A stretch of 64,000 nt of DNA from Cyanophora paradoxa CCMP329 (taxonomy: Eukaryota > Plantae > Glaucophyta). The notes below the pieces were generated by a model. It was not told where the DNA came from. It saw nothing but the letters and a program-made list of their open reading frames with translations, and searched no databases. Below, one piece after another: positions 35,388-47,472 of the stretch. Every line of letters begins with the position of its first letter. Position 1 is the stretch's first letter. The DNA lies in contig QPMI01000101.1 in assembly GCA_004431415.1 (NCBI GenBank), positions 186,001 to 250,000 on the forward strand, in the 5' to 3' direction. The position numbers and the translations under genes are program-made.

Positions 35388-38300
35388 CCCCTTGCCCACC
35401 GCGACGGCCGCGGCGAGCTTGGAGCGGGCGGCGATCTCCCCGGCGGCCGCCACCTCGGTGGCGCGGGCGGCGTCCCTGGCGACGCCGGCCAGCTCCGTCG
35501 CGCGCGCCACCGCGCTGCCCACCGCCGTCCCGTCCTCCTCCAAGAGCTGCCGCGGGAGCGCGCGTTCAGTGGAGGGGCGGCGCGCAGCAGCGCGGGCGGG
35601 GCGGGGCGGGGCGGGGCGTGCCTTGAAGGAGCTGGGGACGGGCGGGGGCGACTCGAGGGCGAAGTCGCCCTTGAGGAGGGGCGACGCCGCCGCCTCCTCC
35701 ACCGCCCCCTGCAGCGCCCCGCCGCCGCCTTCGCCGCCGCCGCCGCCGCCGCCGCCTCGTCGGCCGCCGCCGTCGCAGCCGCCACGAGCTTCTCGGCCGC
35801 CGCCGTCTTGTCGGTCGCCTCCTGCTGGAGGGCCGGCGCCGCCTTGGCCGGCGCCTTGGCAGCCGCCTTGGCCGCCGCCTCGCCGGCTGCCTTGGCCGCC
35901 TTCGCCTTGGCGTCGGCCTCCTGCGCCTTGGCCTGCTTGGCGGCGGCGGCCTTGCGGGCCGCCTCGGCCGCCGCGATGCGCTCCTCGAGGCGCTCGGCGA
36001 GGCGGCGCGCCGCCTCCGTCTGCCGCGCCGCCTCCCCCGCCGCCGCCTCCGCCCGCGCCGCGAAGGCCCCCGCGCCGCGACGAACGACGCGAGCGCCTTC
36101 GCCGCGTCCAGCTGCTCCACGCCCGCCGCCGCTGCCGCCGCGGGCGCCGGCGCCGCGGCGGCCCCAGCCTTGGCCGGCGCGACCGGCTCCAGCTTGGCCG
36201 GTGCGATCGGCGCTGACTTGGCCGGCCCGACCGGCGCCGCCTTGACCGGTGCGCCGGCAGCCGCCTTGGGATCCGCCGCGCCGGCGCCGGAACCGGCGGT
36301 CGGCGCCGAGACGGCCGGCGCCGAGGCGGCCCGCAGCGCCGCGAGGAGCTCCTTGGGGCCGGGGGCGGCTTCAGGCGCGCCATCAGCGCGGAGAGGTCGG
36401 ATGCGGAGGCAAGGGGCGGGGCGGGGGAGAGGGCGCCGCTGGCGCCGGCGTGGGCGAGCAGCGCCTCCGCCGAGGCGCCCTTGAGCACGTCGTGCACCTC
36501 GGGGCCCTGCGCGGGGTCGGAGGCGGCCAGAGAGGGGCCGCGGGGCGGGCGCGGGGACCTCGCTGGGGGCGTCCACCGCGGCGGCCTCAGCGTCGGCCTC
36601 TGCGTCGGCGTCGGCGTCGGCGAGCGCCTGCGCGGCGTCATCGAGCTGGAGGGCCTTGGCGGGGGCGGCGCCCAGCCGCGCCAGCCCCGCCTTCAGCTCC
36701 TCCACCGAGAGCGCCCTCGCCGAGGCCGCCGCCGCCGCCTTCTCCGCCTTGCCCGCCGACGACGAGGAGGAGGACGGGACCGCCTTGTCGGGGGAGGGGG
36801 AGGGGGCGGGGGGCGCCTCCTTGAGGGGCCCGAGGGCCCCCGCGATGTACGAGCCGAGGTCGTCGATGCCGTGGAAGCCGGACTTGGCCGGCGCCGCCGG
36901 CTGCGCCCCCGCCACGCGGTCAGCGAGAGCAGGATCACGAGAGCTCGAGAGCGACGCGGGGCGCGCCTTGCCGGCGAGCTTGACCTGCGCGTTCTGCATG
37001 CTCCCGATGTCCTTGATGAGCTTGAGGAGGCCCTTGGAGAGGCCCTTGGCGGGCGGCGCGGCCTTGCCGCAGCCGGCCTTGCCCTTGCCCGCCTTGCACG
37101 CCTTCGCCTTGGCCGCCTTCGCCTTCGCCCGCTGCTTTTGGAGCACGGCGAACCACTGCTCGGCCGCCTTCTCCGCCCACCGCGCGTCCGGCTCCGGGCA
37201 GGGGGTCGGGGCGGGGCACTTGGGCGCGGCGCGGGCGACGGCGGCGGCGAGCTCCTTGGCGGAGCAGCCGCCGCGGTGGCCGTCCTCGACGGCGTCCTCG
37301 ACGATCTCGCGCAGCTGCTCCTCCGAGAAGCTCGCCGGGCACTTCACCGGCGGCGGCGGCGCCGGGCACTTGGGCGGCGGCGGCGGCGCCGGGCACGCCG
37401 GCGGCTTCGGGATCAGCTGCCTGGCGAGCGCCTCCAGCTGCCCGCCCAAGTCCTTCAGCGAGATGCTGATGCTCGGCGGCTCCTGAGGGAGAAGACGGAG
37501 GAGCGTGAGTCGGGGGCGAGGCGGGGCGGGAGGGCGGGGCCGGCTGCGGGGCCGCGCACCGGGGGCGCGATGAGGCGGTGGAAGTCGAGGTCGGCGATGG
37601 CCTCCGAGGCCGCCTTCGCCACCGCCTGCGACACCGTCTTCGCCGCGAGCTGCCGCGGGGCCCCGCCGCGTCAGGCCCCAGCGCTCGCTCGCTCGCTCGG
37701 GCTGCGGCGGGCGCACGCGGGCGCGGCCCTCGGCGTCGGCCTCGGCCTCGGCGCGGATGGCGTCGAGCGAGGCCACGCGCGCCGCCTCCACCGCCCGCCC
37801 CGCCGCCGCCTCCGCCGCCGCCGCCGCCGCCAACGCCGACTTGGCCTCCAGCGCCTGCTCCGGGTCAACAGGACGTCGGCATGAGCCTCGGAGGAGAGCG
37901 CGGGCGCGGGCCGGACCCGCGACTCGGCGGCCTCGGCCATGGCGAGCTTGGCCAACTCCCCGTTCATGGTCTCCCCCGTGTGCGCCGCCCGCTCGCTCGC
38001 CTCGAGCTGCGCCGCCCGCCCGCTCTGCCTCGGCGGGGCGCGTCTGCGCGGGGCGCCCGCACCTTCTCCTGCGCGACGGCCTTCGCCGCGGCGGCCGCCT
38101 TCGAGAGGCGCGCGGCTTCCTCGGCGGTGCCGGCGGCGCGCGCGGCGGCGGCCTCGGCGGCGGCCACGGCGCGGGCCTCCTCGGCCGCGTGGAATCCCTG
38201 CGCAGCGCGCGCCACGGCGATGGTCCGCACGATGGCCGCCGCTTTTGCCGCCATCACCTCCGCGTCCTCCTTGACCGGCGTCGGGCCGGCCTGCGCCGCC

Positions 38301-38839
38301 GCCGCCGCCGCCTCCGCCAGCGCCGCCAGCGCCTGGGGCTCGGCCGCCTTGCTCGCCGGGGCCGCCGCGACGGGGGTCGGCAGCTTGCCGGGCATCGCTT
38401 TGCTCGCCCCCGCCTTCGAAAGTGCGTCCTCCGAGGAACCTGCCTTGGCCGGGGCGGCCTTGGAGGGATCCGCCTTCGCCGGCGCGGGCTCAGAGGGACC
38501 CGCCTTGGCCGGGGCGGCCTTGGAGGGATCCGCCTTCGCCGGCGCGGTCTTGGAGACGTCTTTATTCGGTTGCGCTGCCTTGGAGGGCCCGGCCTTGGGC
38601 TCGGGCGTCCGCTTGGCCTCGGCGAGGAAGGCCTTCAGCTTCGCCAGCACGGCTGCCTTCTTCTCATCCAGCAGAGCGGCCGAGCTACCGACCACGGGCT
38701 TTGCTTTCGCGGTAGGCGCGTTCTTGTCCAGCGACTCATCGTCGTCGCGGTCGTCGTCGTCGCGCTCGTCCGCCGGCGGCTTGTCGAGCGCGGGCTTCGC
38801 GGCGCTGGGCCCCGCGCTCGTGCTTGCCTCGCCGGGCAT
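29923..38839 (-). CDS. very large Ala/Pro/Lys-rich protein with repeated Cys (CCG) modules; may be one or two genes, 5' end probably further upstream
   Basis: Continuous chain of same-strand exons with GCC/GCG/AAG codon bias and GT/GC-AG introns. A putative long intron (~30951-31169) joins ...EPGQPIS|YTIDEDE... to the last block. Confidence 0.6.
38442..38547. repeat. coding direct repeat, 60-bp period (PAKADPSKAAPAKAG)
   Basis: GCCTTGGCCGGGGCGGCCTTGGAGGGATCCGCCTTCGCCGGCGCGG at 38442 and 38502. Confidence 0.9.
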
Positions 38840-39448
38840 ATCGCTTCCTGCAATCCTATCGGCCGGCGGACATGGAAGTTATCTGCCACCCAGCTAGTCG
38901 CCGCGGCTCGCGGCTCGCTCTTCGCTGCGGCGCGGTTGTTCTTTTGCTCACAAAGCTGCTGCAGTGCTCGCCGCGTGCGCGGTCCTACTAGGCTACCTGC
39001 ACAAGACTTCACCAGCGTCTTTACCAGCAGCAGAAGAAACGTGTACCCCGGACAAAACAGGTTACAGGTGTTAGCTTGCTGCAGCCAGGCTGCAGCCCAA
39101 CAAGACTACGCGTTTTAGAATCTGCGGAATCAATAAGAATTACACGGGAACACCGGGGCAGGATCGCCTTGGCGCACACAATCTGGACCCGTGCTCGCGC
39201 GTGACTACAACTGCAATATCCGCATAGGGTTGCCGTACTGCCAGCGATCGAACGCCTTGCCATTGGAAGGCGGGGGTGCTTCGGCGCTAGGCCTCGACTA
39301 GGAGCGGCTGAGCGCGACGGAGCGCGCACGCGCGCACACGCGCGCTGCAGAAGCAGCTTGAATCCGTGAGCCGGTACGCGCAGCGGCTGCCCCAGCGCTA
39401 GCTCCTTAAGCGGGCTTTGAGGCCGCGCCGTCCAGGGGAGGCCAATCG

Positions 39449-40432
39449 ATGGAGGACGACGGGTCGATCTGCTCGTTATTCGCGTCGGAGGAGCGGGAAG
39501 CGATCGAGGAGAAGAGCTTCAGCGTGGCCGGCGTCACGGTGCACGTCGCGGCCGTCCCGAGCCACTTCCAACACGGCGGCGCGACGGCCATCATGCTCTG
39601 GCCAGCCAGCTCCATCCTTAACCAATGCGCGCGCCCTTGCTCCCTCGGCCTCCCTCGAGCTCAACGCTACCCGCTGATACCGATGCCTCTGCGCAGTCCT
39701 CGCGGCGGCGGCGGAGGAGCTGCGGCGGAGCGAGCGGATGCTGGAGCTGGGCGCCGGCGTGGGTCTGAACGCCATTGTGGCCGCGAAACTCCTGCCCGGC
39801 GTGCGGGTCGTGGCGACGGACGGGGAGGAAGAGTCCGTGGCGCTCATCGAGCGGAACCTGCGCCGCAACGGCGTCGAGGCGCAGTGCGTGGCGCGCGCCC
39901 TCCGCTGGGGCCGCCCCGAGGCCCGCGCCTTCGCCGCCGAGCTCGCCGCCTCCGCCTCCGCGCCCACCTTCGACCACGTGGTCGGGAGCGACCTCATGTG
40001 CGACCCCCCGGCCCCTCCCCTTACCACCCACTCCCCCATTCCCCCTCGCCCCTTCGCCCCTCCGCCTCTCCTAACCCTGAGCTGCCCAGATACTCACCGG
40101 GGTCCTTGTACCCCCTCTTCGACACGGTGGACGAGCTCCTCGCAGGGCGTACCCCCGACCCCGCTCCCGCCCCTCGAGTGGACGCAGAGAAAGCACTCTA
40201 CCGGGAGTCGAGCCTGCGGGAGGCGGTGGCGGCGCTGCGGGCCGGCCCCTGCTTCGTGCTCGCGTACACGACGCGGGGCGTCCCTGACGACGAGGTGCCC
40301 CGCGCCGCTGCGGCGGCCGGCTTCCCGGCCTGCCTGCGCGTCCCCATCGACGCGGCGAGCTTCGAGTACAGCGGGAACCGGCGGCTCACGCACCTCCTCG
40401 TCTTCCCCCGCGCCGCCCCGGGCCTGGAATGA
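39449..40432 (+). CDS. Methyltransf_16 (METTL21-like) protein methyltransferase
   Basis: MLWPAS, MLELGAGVGL, VVATDG, LRWG, FDHVVGSDLM|Y (DxxY). Confidence 0.88.
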   Translation: MEDDGSICSLFASEEREAIEEKSFSVAGVTVHVAAVPSHFQHGGATAIMLWPASSILNQCARPCSLGLPRAQRYPLIPMPLRSPRGGGGGAAAERADAGAGRRRGSERHCGRETPARRAGRGDGRGGRVRGAHRAEPAPQRRRGAVRGARPPLGPPRGPRLRRRARRLRLRAHLRPRGRERPHVRPPGPSPYHPLPHSPSPLRPSASPNPELPRYSPGSLYPLFDTVDELLAGRTPDPAPAPRVDAEKALYRESSLREAVAALRAGPCFVLAYTTRGVPDDEVPRAAAAAGFPACLRVPIDAASFEYSGNRRLTHLLVFPRAAPGLE

Positions 40433-41013
40433 ATTCGAAACTTAAGCTAAATCCTAAAGAAGCTGATCATGATCATGCGCACGAGTCGACGTCTTGGATT
40501 CGGAGCCCCGAACGCGCTCCCGGCTAGCGCCACTCAGCGGAGCGTGTGCTAGCTATAGGCGGATATACGCAGGAAAGGAAGAGAATAGGAGTCGAATCGG
40601 CTGCATTCAAGCACATGAGCCTCATATCTACTCCAGATACGATATACAAGAATTCAACAGCGCAAAGTCTGGACTGATCATGAACAAGCAGACGATCGCA
40701 AAACGAGAGAAAGCAAACCCCAGACTGACGGGAACAACAGCTAATCTGTACGAACCAAGAACCCAAGAGAAGCTAGATACCCAAACTGATTCGAAGCGTA
40801 TTATGCAGGTGCCAGTCTCTGCCGGCTTGATAACGCCGGGCGCGGCGAGAGGGGAAAACTGGCGGGACATGACTCGAAAGACTACCTAGACATTAAAAAA
40901 CTGCAGGTGAAAACGATTATGCGACTGGACCCGAAAGCTCGTCGAGAAGAGGGAAGCGGGGCGAAGCGCGATGACCGGCTACGCTCCTACAGCTAGCTGG
41001 GGGGCCGAGTGCT

Positions 41014-42068
41014 TCACTCGAACTCGCCGTCCTCCTCGTCGTAGTCCTCGGAGGCGGCCGGAGTCACGGGAGAGTCGGCCCCAACGTGGAACGCGAGCGC
41101 TGAAGGAACCGTGAGTTGCGCCGAGTCCTTGAAATAGACGGGCGGGGCGGCTCACCGTCGGCGAGAGAAATGGGCTCCGGCTTGGAGCGCGAGGAGCGCT
41201 CCTTCTCCAACTCCTCCCCGACGGTGGTCCGCTCGAAGTTGTAGCCGCTGATGAACATTTAGTCACCGTCTGGATCAGTCGGGGCGCGTCGCCTCGCCAG
41301 ATTCTATGATCATGGCGTCACCTCCTAGCCTGTGGGGCATAAACCCACCTGATAAACATATCGGGCATAAATCCACCCTCGCTATCGCCTCCCGCATGGA
41401 ACGTGAGGAAATCCTGTCGCACAATCAGCAATTACATCGCGGCGACTGGCACACTCATGATCACCTCCAGAGTCGACGCCTCGGCCTTCACGCTTGGGTC
41501 CTCAACTTCATCGTCGCTGCGCCTACCGGTCAGAGCAATCCGGTGGGAGGAAGAGAAAGAAAAAAGAAGGCAATCTAGGAGTGGCAGCTTGGCCGTAGCC
41601 GCAAACGGTTTGCAGAAGTTCGCGGCCTACGTACGCGTCCTATCCGCCAAATTGAGGACTTCGGCTTTAAATAAAGAGCAAGCTGGGTGTCGTAATGGAG
41701 CTAAACCTAAGATTTCAGTCTGGCGGATAGAGTACGTGGTGGTCCCGGAGGGAGCGCAGGAGACTCTGAGGAGAGTGGCCGGACAGACGAAAGATTGAAA
41801 CAACGGATAGCAGCGGCGAGGGCGAAGGGATCGCCGGAAGGCGGGAAACGCACTTCCAGTCGACCAGCTTTTCGTCGGCCGTCGGCTCCCGCGAAGCGTT
41901 CATGCGGATGCCCGTGCTGGCGAAGATGAAGCGACGAGTGCTGGCCTCGAAGAGAGTCCTGCGCACCGCGGGCCTAGCCGACCGAACGGGCGCCTTGACC
42001 AAGAGCGAAGCCGAGGTCGCGACGGACCCAACACGATCTACGACCGGAAGGCTAGAGACGAACGCCAT
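41014..42068 (-). CDS. unknown acidic protein with plastid transit-peptide-like leader
   Basis: MAFVSSLP...Ser/Ala/Arg-rich leader. Spliced acidic exons contain DFLTFHAGGDS and DALAFHVGADS and end DEEDGEFE*. One internal junction is unresolved. Confidence 0.6.
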
Positions 42069-42220
42069 GGTGAAGCCTGGCCGTTTGGGGGGCCGATGAT
42101 CGAATGATGTACGCGTACAGGTTAGCCGACTGTACCCGTGCGCGTCCAGGCTGAGTGGCAAGCTCAGTGGCAGGCTAGCCGACGGTTATCGCGTCTAACC
42201 GTTTGCAAGCGCAGATGGAT

Positions 42221-42288
42221 CTTTGGATCTCCCACCGGCAACGGCGCCCGACACCGCAAGCTTTGGATCTCCCACCGGCAACGGCGCC
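42221..42288. repeat. 28-bp direct repeat (40-bp period) upstream of the plastid-targeted gene
   Basis: CTTTGGATCTCCCACCGGCAACGGCGCC at 42221 and 42261. Confidence 0.95.
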
Positions 42289-42565
42289 TGGCACCGCATG
42301 CGCAAGCTTTGGAAGCGCCCGCCGGGGCGCCGGCCGGCCGCGGCGCGGCGCCCGCGGGCCCGGTCACGGGTGCGCGCCGGCCCCTCGACGTCGCCGAGCC
42401 GCCGAGCCGCCGTATGCTGATATCGAGTTCTTAGTACGTATACAGGGGCGCCGGCCTGGGCCGGGGCCGGTATTTTTAATTACACGCAGCGGCCGTACAT
42501 GTACATGCGCATGCGGATGGCACACTGCAATCGGCCCGGGAGCAGCTTGGGTGCTAGCTGGAGGC

Positions 42566-45301
42566 CTAGAGGGGGGAGGTGACGGCCGCAACGGCGGTGG
42601 CGGCGGCGCTGCCCTCGCCCGTGGCGGGGACGGGGGCGGGTCCGGAGCTCGAGGCGGGAGCGGATGCGGAGAGGGCGGCGCGCTCGGCCTCGTTGCAGTC
42701 GAGGAGGATCTTGACGGCGCCGTCCCGGTGGTGTGCGAACTTGTCGTAAGCCTCCACCGCCTGAGCAAGGGGGCTTAGGCGGGAGGGGCGGGCCGGCGGG
42801 GGGCGGGGGGCGGGGGCGGGCCTTGCCGAAGGGCATGCGGTGCGTGACGATGAAGGTCGGGTCGAAGCGGCCCTCCCGAATGAGCCCCAGCAGCGTCCGC
42901 CAGTACCTGCCCGGACCCGCGCTCGAGGCGCCGCCCCCGAGGCGCGCGGCTCGAGCGGCGCCGGCGCGCACTTCTGCACGAAGACCTGGGCGCGAGGCAG
43001 GGCGAGGTGAGAGGGGCGGGGCGGGGCGCCGTTGGGCGGGGCGGGCGGGCCTGGCCGCCGGCCATGGAGAGGCCCTTCTCCATGAAGGCCCCGATGGGGA
43101 AGGAGTGCGTCGTCGCGAAGTAGTCCCCTGCCGCACCCCCCTCCCTAAGACCCAACGCAAAGGCGGGGCGGGGCGGGGCGGGGCGGGGCGGACCGATGAG
43201 GACGCAGCGGCCGTTCTTGCGGGCGGCGACGATCATCTCCGCCACGATGTCGCACGCGTCCGTCTCCAGCTGCGCGCGCAGTCGGGGGGCGCTCGGAAAG
43301 CCGGCCGCCTCGGAGCTCCAACGGGGGCAACGCGCCTTGAGGACGGTCATGAGCGTGTGGGAGAGGGACTTGGGGAACCTGAACCCCGCGCAGTCGATGC
43401 AGACCTGCCGGGGCGCGTGTCAGGCCCGCGCAGCCGCGGCGTTGGGGGGCTCGGAGGGCGCGCGTCGATGCCGCCGGGGACGCGCTCGTGCAGCGCCTTC
43501 GACACGTCCACGTCTGCGCCGGCGTGAGGCCTGCTCGAAGGCGGCTCGTTGGGATTCGAGGGGCGGACCGGTGGCGTTGAGGGTCTCGACCTTGCCGATG
43601 CGGCTGCGCGCGAGCTCCAGGCGCCCCTCGTCCTGCCCCGCGCGTGAGACGCCGCCCTCCAGGCGGGGGCGGCGGCGCGGCGCCGCCGCGGGGGCGCCTG
43701 GTCGATGAGGAGGACGCGGTTCGCCCCGCGCAGGAGCGCCAGCGCCGCCGTCAGCAGGCCCACGGGGCCGGCGCCCTGCCCAGCGTCGGGCGCCAGGAGG
43801 AGGAGGAGGTAACGCGAGCGGCGGACCCAGATCGCGACCGAGTTGGTGTCGGCGGTGACGCCGCCCATCTCCAGCCCGTGCCACGCCGTGCAGGCTGCCC
43901 GTGCCAGGCAGGCGCGAAGGGCCGTCAGGCGGGGCGCGGAGGCGCGGCGGCGGGGGGGATCTAGATCCAAAATTAAAGCGCGCGCGCCGACGTCGCTGAG
44001 CATGATGGCCTTCTCGTCGGGCACGTCGTCTGGCAGCTGCGCCCCCGGCGTGGGGTACGCCTGAGATGGGGGGGGGGGGGGGGGAAGGAGAATCGGAGGG
44101 GAGCGGCAAGCCTTGAGCAAGTTGACGTCGGCGAAGGGTACGCGGGCATACTCCGCCTGCAAGGGCATCACCTCGGGAGAAGGGGGAGGGGGGGGGGGGG
44201 AGGGGGGGATGGGGAGCGCAGGGGTTGCAGGGCGCGCCTGGAGGCCGGCGTACCCGCCCGTCAAGTGAGTGTAGCCGAAGATGCCCCCCATCCGCACTCC
44301 GTACAGGCTCTCGTTCGCGCTGCTCGGGTTCGTGCGGTCGCAGCTCGACATGTACCCCTACGGCCCCGTGAGCGCGCGAGCGGCGTCAGCGGGCGCCTGC
44401 GAGGGCACCTGCTGGCAGTACCAGCAGTCGCCGCAGGCGATGATGGCGCTGATGACGACGCGGTCGCCGGGCTTGACGCCCTTGACATTATCGCTAGCGC
44501 GACCCGGCGGGTGTAAATTGGACGGCGCTGCGGACGGTGCTGAAAGCTCAAGGCGAACCCAATCTTCTCCACCACGCCCACGCCCTCGTGACCTGCAAGT
44601 GTATCCCGTCGGGCGGGACGGGGCAGGGTGTGCCTCGCGATCCCTCGCACCCGTTATGTCCCCAGAATGCATCGGTGAGAAACCCGGCACTTTGTTGAAG
44701 TAGCTGCGACCATAGTCAGAACGCCGACGGGCTTGAAGGCGCCTTCAAATTTTAAAGAGCGGCGGACAAGTGAAGGTCTGAGCCACAGATCGTGCTCTTG
44801 GTCAAGCGAATCTGCGGTCGGGGGAATAGCAATTCAAGATGAAGGCCTAGGGCCGGCGCCGCGGCCGCTGCGGCGCATCGAGCTCCCGCGTGCAGGAAAT
44901 CGAGGCGCCCGGCGAGAGCGCCACGCGCACGATCGCATCGTTCGGCTCGCTAATTCCCGGGCGCGGGACCTCGGCCAAAACCATCTTCTGCGGACGCGCG
45001 CCGCGTGGCGCGGATCGGAGAAGCGAGCGGTCGAGCGCCCTCAAGAGCGCACCTCCTTCCCATGCCACGTACACGCCCTGCGCGAATAGATCAGGCGGTG
45101 GCCCGTGGGCGTGTACCTGCGCGGGCGAGCGCGCACCACATCTTTGCGCCAGAAGCGTCGGGCACGAAATGAGGCGACGTCACCAGCTTCTCTGCGGCCA
45201 CAGGCTGCGCGCGGCGGTTCGAGAGAAGCGCGGGTAGGCGACTCGCAGAGGCGCACCGGGTTGACGAACTTCTCTTCGATGTAGTTGAGGATGCTCGACA
45301 T
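42566..45301 (-). CDS. Zn-dependent MDR dehydrogenase, formaldehyde-dehydrogenase-like
   Basis: ICGSDLHL, GHEGVGVV, CGDCWYC..C, GIFGYTHLTGGYAGLQ|AEYARVPFADVNLLK, GAGPVG, CIDCAGF, FDPTFIVTHR. Confidence 0.93.
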
Positions 45302-45468
45302 CTTTAGAAAGATCGCTGAAAGAGGGCAGTCGAGGGGGCCGGAGGGGCCGGGAGGGCTGCGGGGCGGGTACGATACTCGGCGCGTGGCTGTCCCCCCCCC
45401 TGGTGTCTCGCGCGATTCACGCGATTCGGGAAGCCCCTGTACGCCCAGCAGCGAGCAGCGTGGCACAT
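45302..45468. promoter_or_regulatory. inferred bidirectional promoter, Zn dehydrogenase / Zn-CDF
   Basis: 167 bp between divergent ATGs. Confidence 0.45.
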
Positions 45469-47472
45469 ATGGCAGCGACAGCAGCCGAGCGCGCTCCTTT
45501 GATCCCTCCCCCGTCCCCAGGTGCGGCCGCGATTCGAGTTTCCTGCGGGCTCTTTGGGAGACGGGCTGGACGCGTTCCCAATGTCAATGGCATTATAGCG
45601 TGTCACTAGCGCGTCTCAGGGCGACGCGCGATCTCCGCTCGCGTACAACGCGTGTTTGTGTACGTGCTTGACGGGACGCGAGCAGCGGGTTCGGAGGGTC
45701 ACTCGTCTTACAAGACTCACGCACATGGCCCTGCGGAGGTCCAAGGGGCGCGTCGGAAGCACAGCCATGGAGGCGGAACGCCTTGCAACCACTCTCACGG
45801 TGATCACGGTCCGTACCCGGCGCGGCATTCCAGCTAACTGGACGTACGGAGGCGCTCGCTGATCAGGATGCCCGCAGCGCACGACGTTGAGGCTGGCCAC
45901 TCGGGTCACAACCACGACCACTCCGATCATGGCCACGCTCAGAGCGTGAAGGGCGGTGCGACCTCGGACGCGGCAATTTCGCTGTGCTAAAAACTTGCTC
46001 ATGCGCGTACGCCAGATCACCAGCACGGCCCTGGCTGCAAGCACGGCGAGTCGCACAACCACGATCATGGCGCGAAGGGGCACGACCACGCGCACGACCA
46101 CAACCACAGCCATGGGCACGGGCACAAGCACGGGCACGGTCATGACCACGACCACGACCACGACCACGGCCACGCACACGGCCTGGAGGCCCACCGCAAC
46201 ACTTCCCGCCGCGTCCTCCTCTCCGCCCTCGTCGTCACATTCGTGATCATGATCGCCGAGGCGAGCACGCGGCCGGCGCTGCGTCCCCGGGCCGCGGCAG
46301 GCTCACCGGCGGGCCGCAGATCGTGGGCGGGTACCTCGCGAACAGCCTGGCGCTGATGACGGACGCGGGGCACCTGCTGACGGACGTGGGCGCGCTGCTG
46401 CTCTCCCTCTTCGCCGGCTGGCTCGCGAAGCGGCCATCGACCTCGAAGATGAGCTTCGGGTTCCACCGCGCGGAGATCCTGGGCGCCGTCGTCTCGGCCC
46501 TCACCATCTGGCTCCTCGCCGGCATCCTCGTCTCCGCCGCCGTGCGTCCCCCGCCTGCCTGCCGATGCCCGACGCCCGCCGCCGACCGCCGACGCCGCGG
46601 GGCAGATCGAGCGCATCCGGAACCCGCCGCCCGTCGAGGGCCTCATCGTCGTCGTCACCGCCTCGTTCGGCCTCGCCGTGCGCCCGCCCCGCCACGGCCG
46701 CCCGCGGCGGGCGCCGATGCCGGCGGCGTTTGCAGGCGAACGTGCTGGTGGGGTGGATCCTGCACGCGGGGCAGGAGCACTCGATCAACGTGCGCTCGGC
46801 GTTCATCCACGTCATCGGGGACTGCGTGCAGAGCATCGGCGTCATCATCGCCGGCGTCATCATGTACTTCCGCCCCGACTGGCGGGTCCGCGCTCCCGCG
46901 CCCGCCCCGTCCCCCTGCGCCCTCTTGCTCCCCCCGCCGACGCCGGGGCGCGGGGGCGCAGCTGTGCGACCCGGTGGTGACGATCGGGTTCGCGGTGATC
47001 GTGCTGCTGACGACGGTGCGGCTGCTGACGGAGTCGGTGACGGTGCTGATGGAGGCGACGCCGGCGGGGATCGACCCCGAGGCCGTCAAGACCGACCTCC
47101 TCGAGATCCCCGCCGTCGAGGAGGCCCGCCCGCCCCGCGCTCGCCCTGCGCCCCGCCGGCCTGACGCGCCCCCCGGCGCAGGTGCACGACCTGCACATCT
47201 GGAGCATCACGGCCGGCCTCTGCGCGCTCTCCGTGCACCTCGTCACGCAGGGGCCGCACCAGGGCGGCCAGTCGCAGTCCGAGGTGCTGGCGGCCGCCCA
47301 GGAGCTCCTGCGCGTGCGCCACGCGATCAGCCACACGACCATCCAGGCGAGGGGCACCGCCCGCCTCTCGTTCTCTCGCCGCCGCCTCGCTCACATGAGC
47401 CTCGCCCAGATCGAGGAGCTCCCCGAGGAGGAGGCCGACCGCAAGGAGTGCACCTACGGCGGCATCCACTGA
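45469..47472 (+). CDS. cation diffusion facilitator, Zn-CDF (ZnT/MTP1/ZitB-like) with His-rich N-terminus
   Basis: [14 protein letters not shown] (TM2 HxxxD), [25 protein letters not shown] (TM5), [22 protein letters not shown]|IE. Confidence 0.93.
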
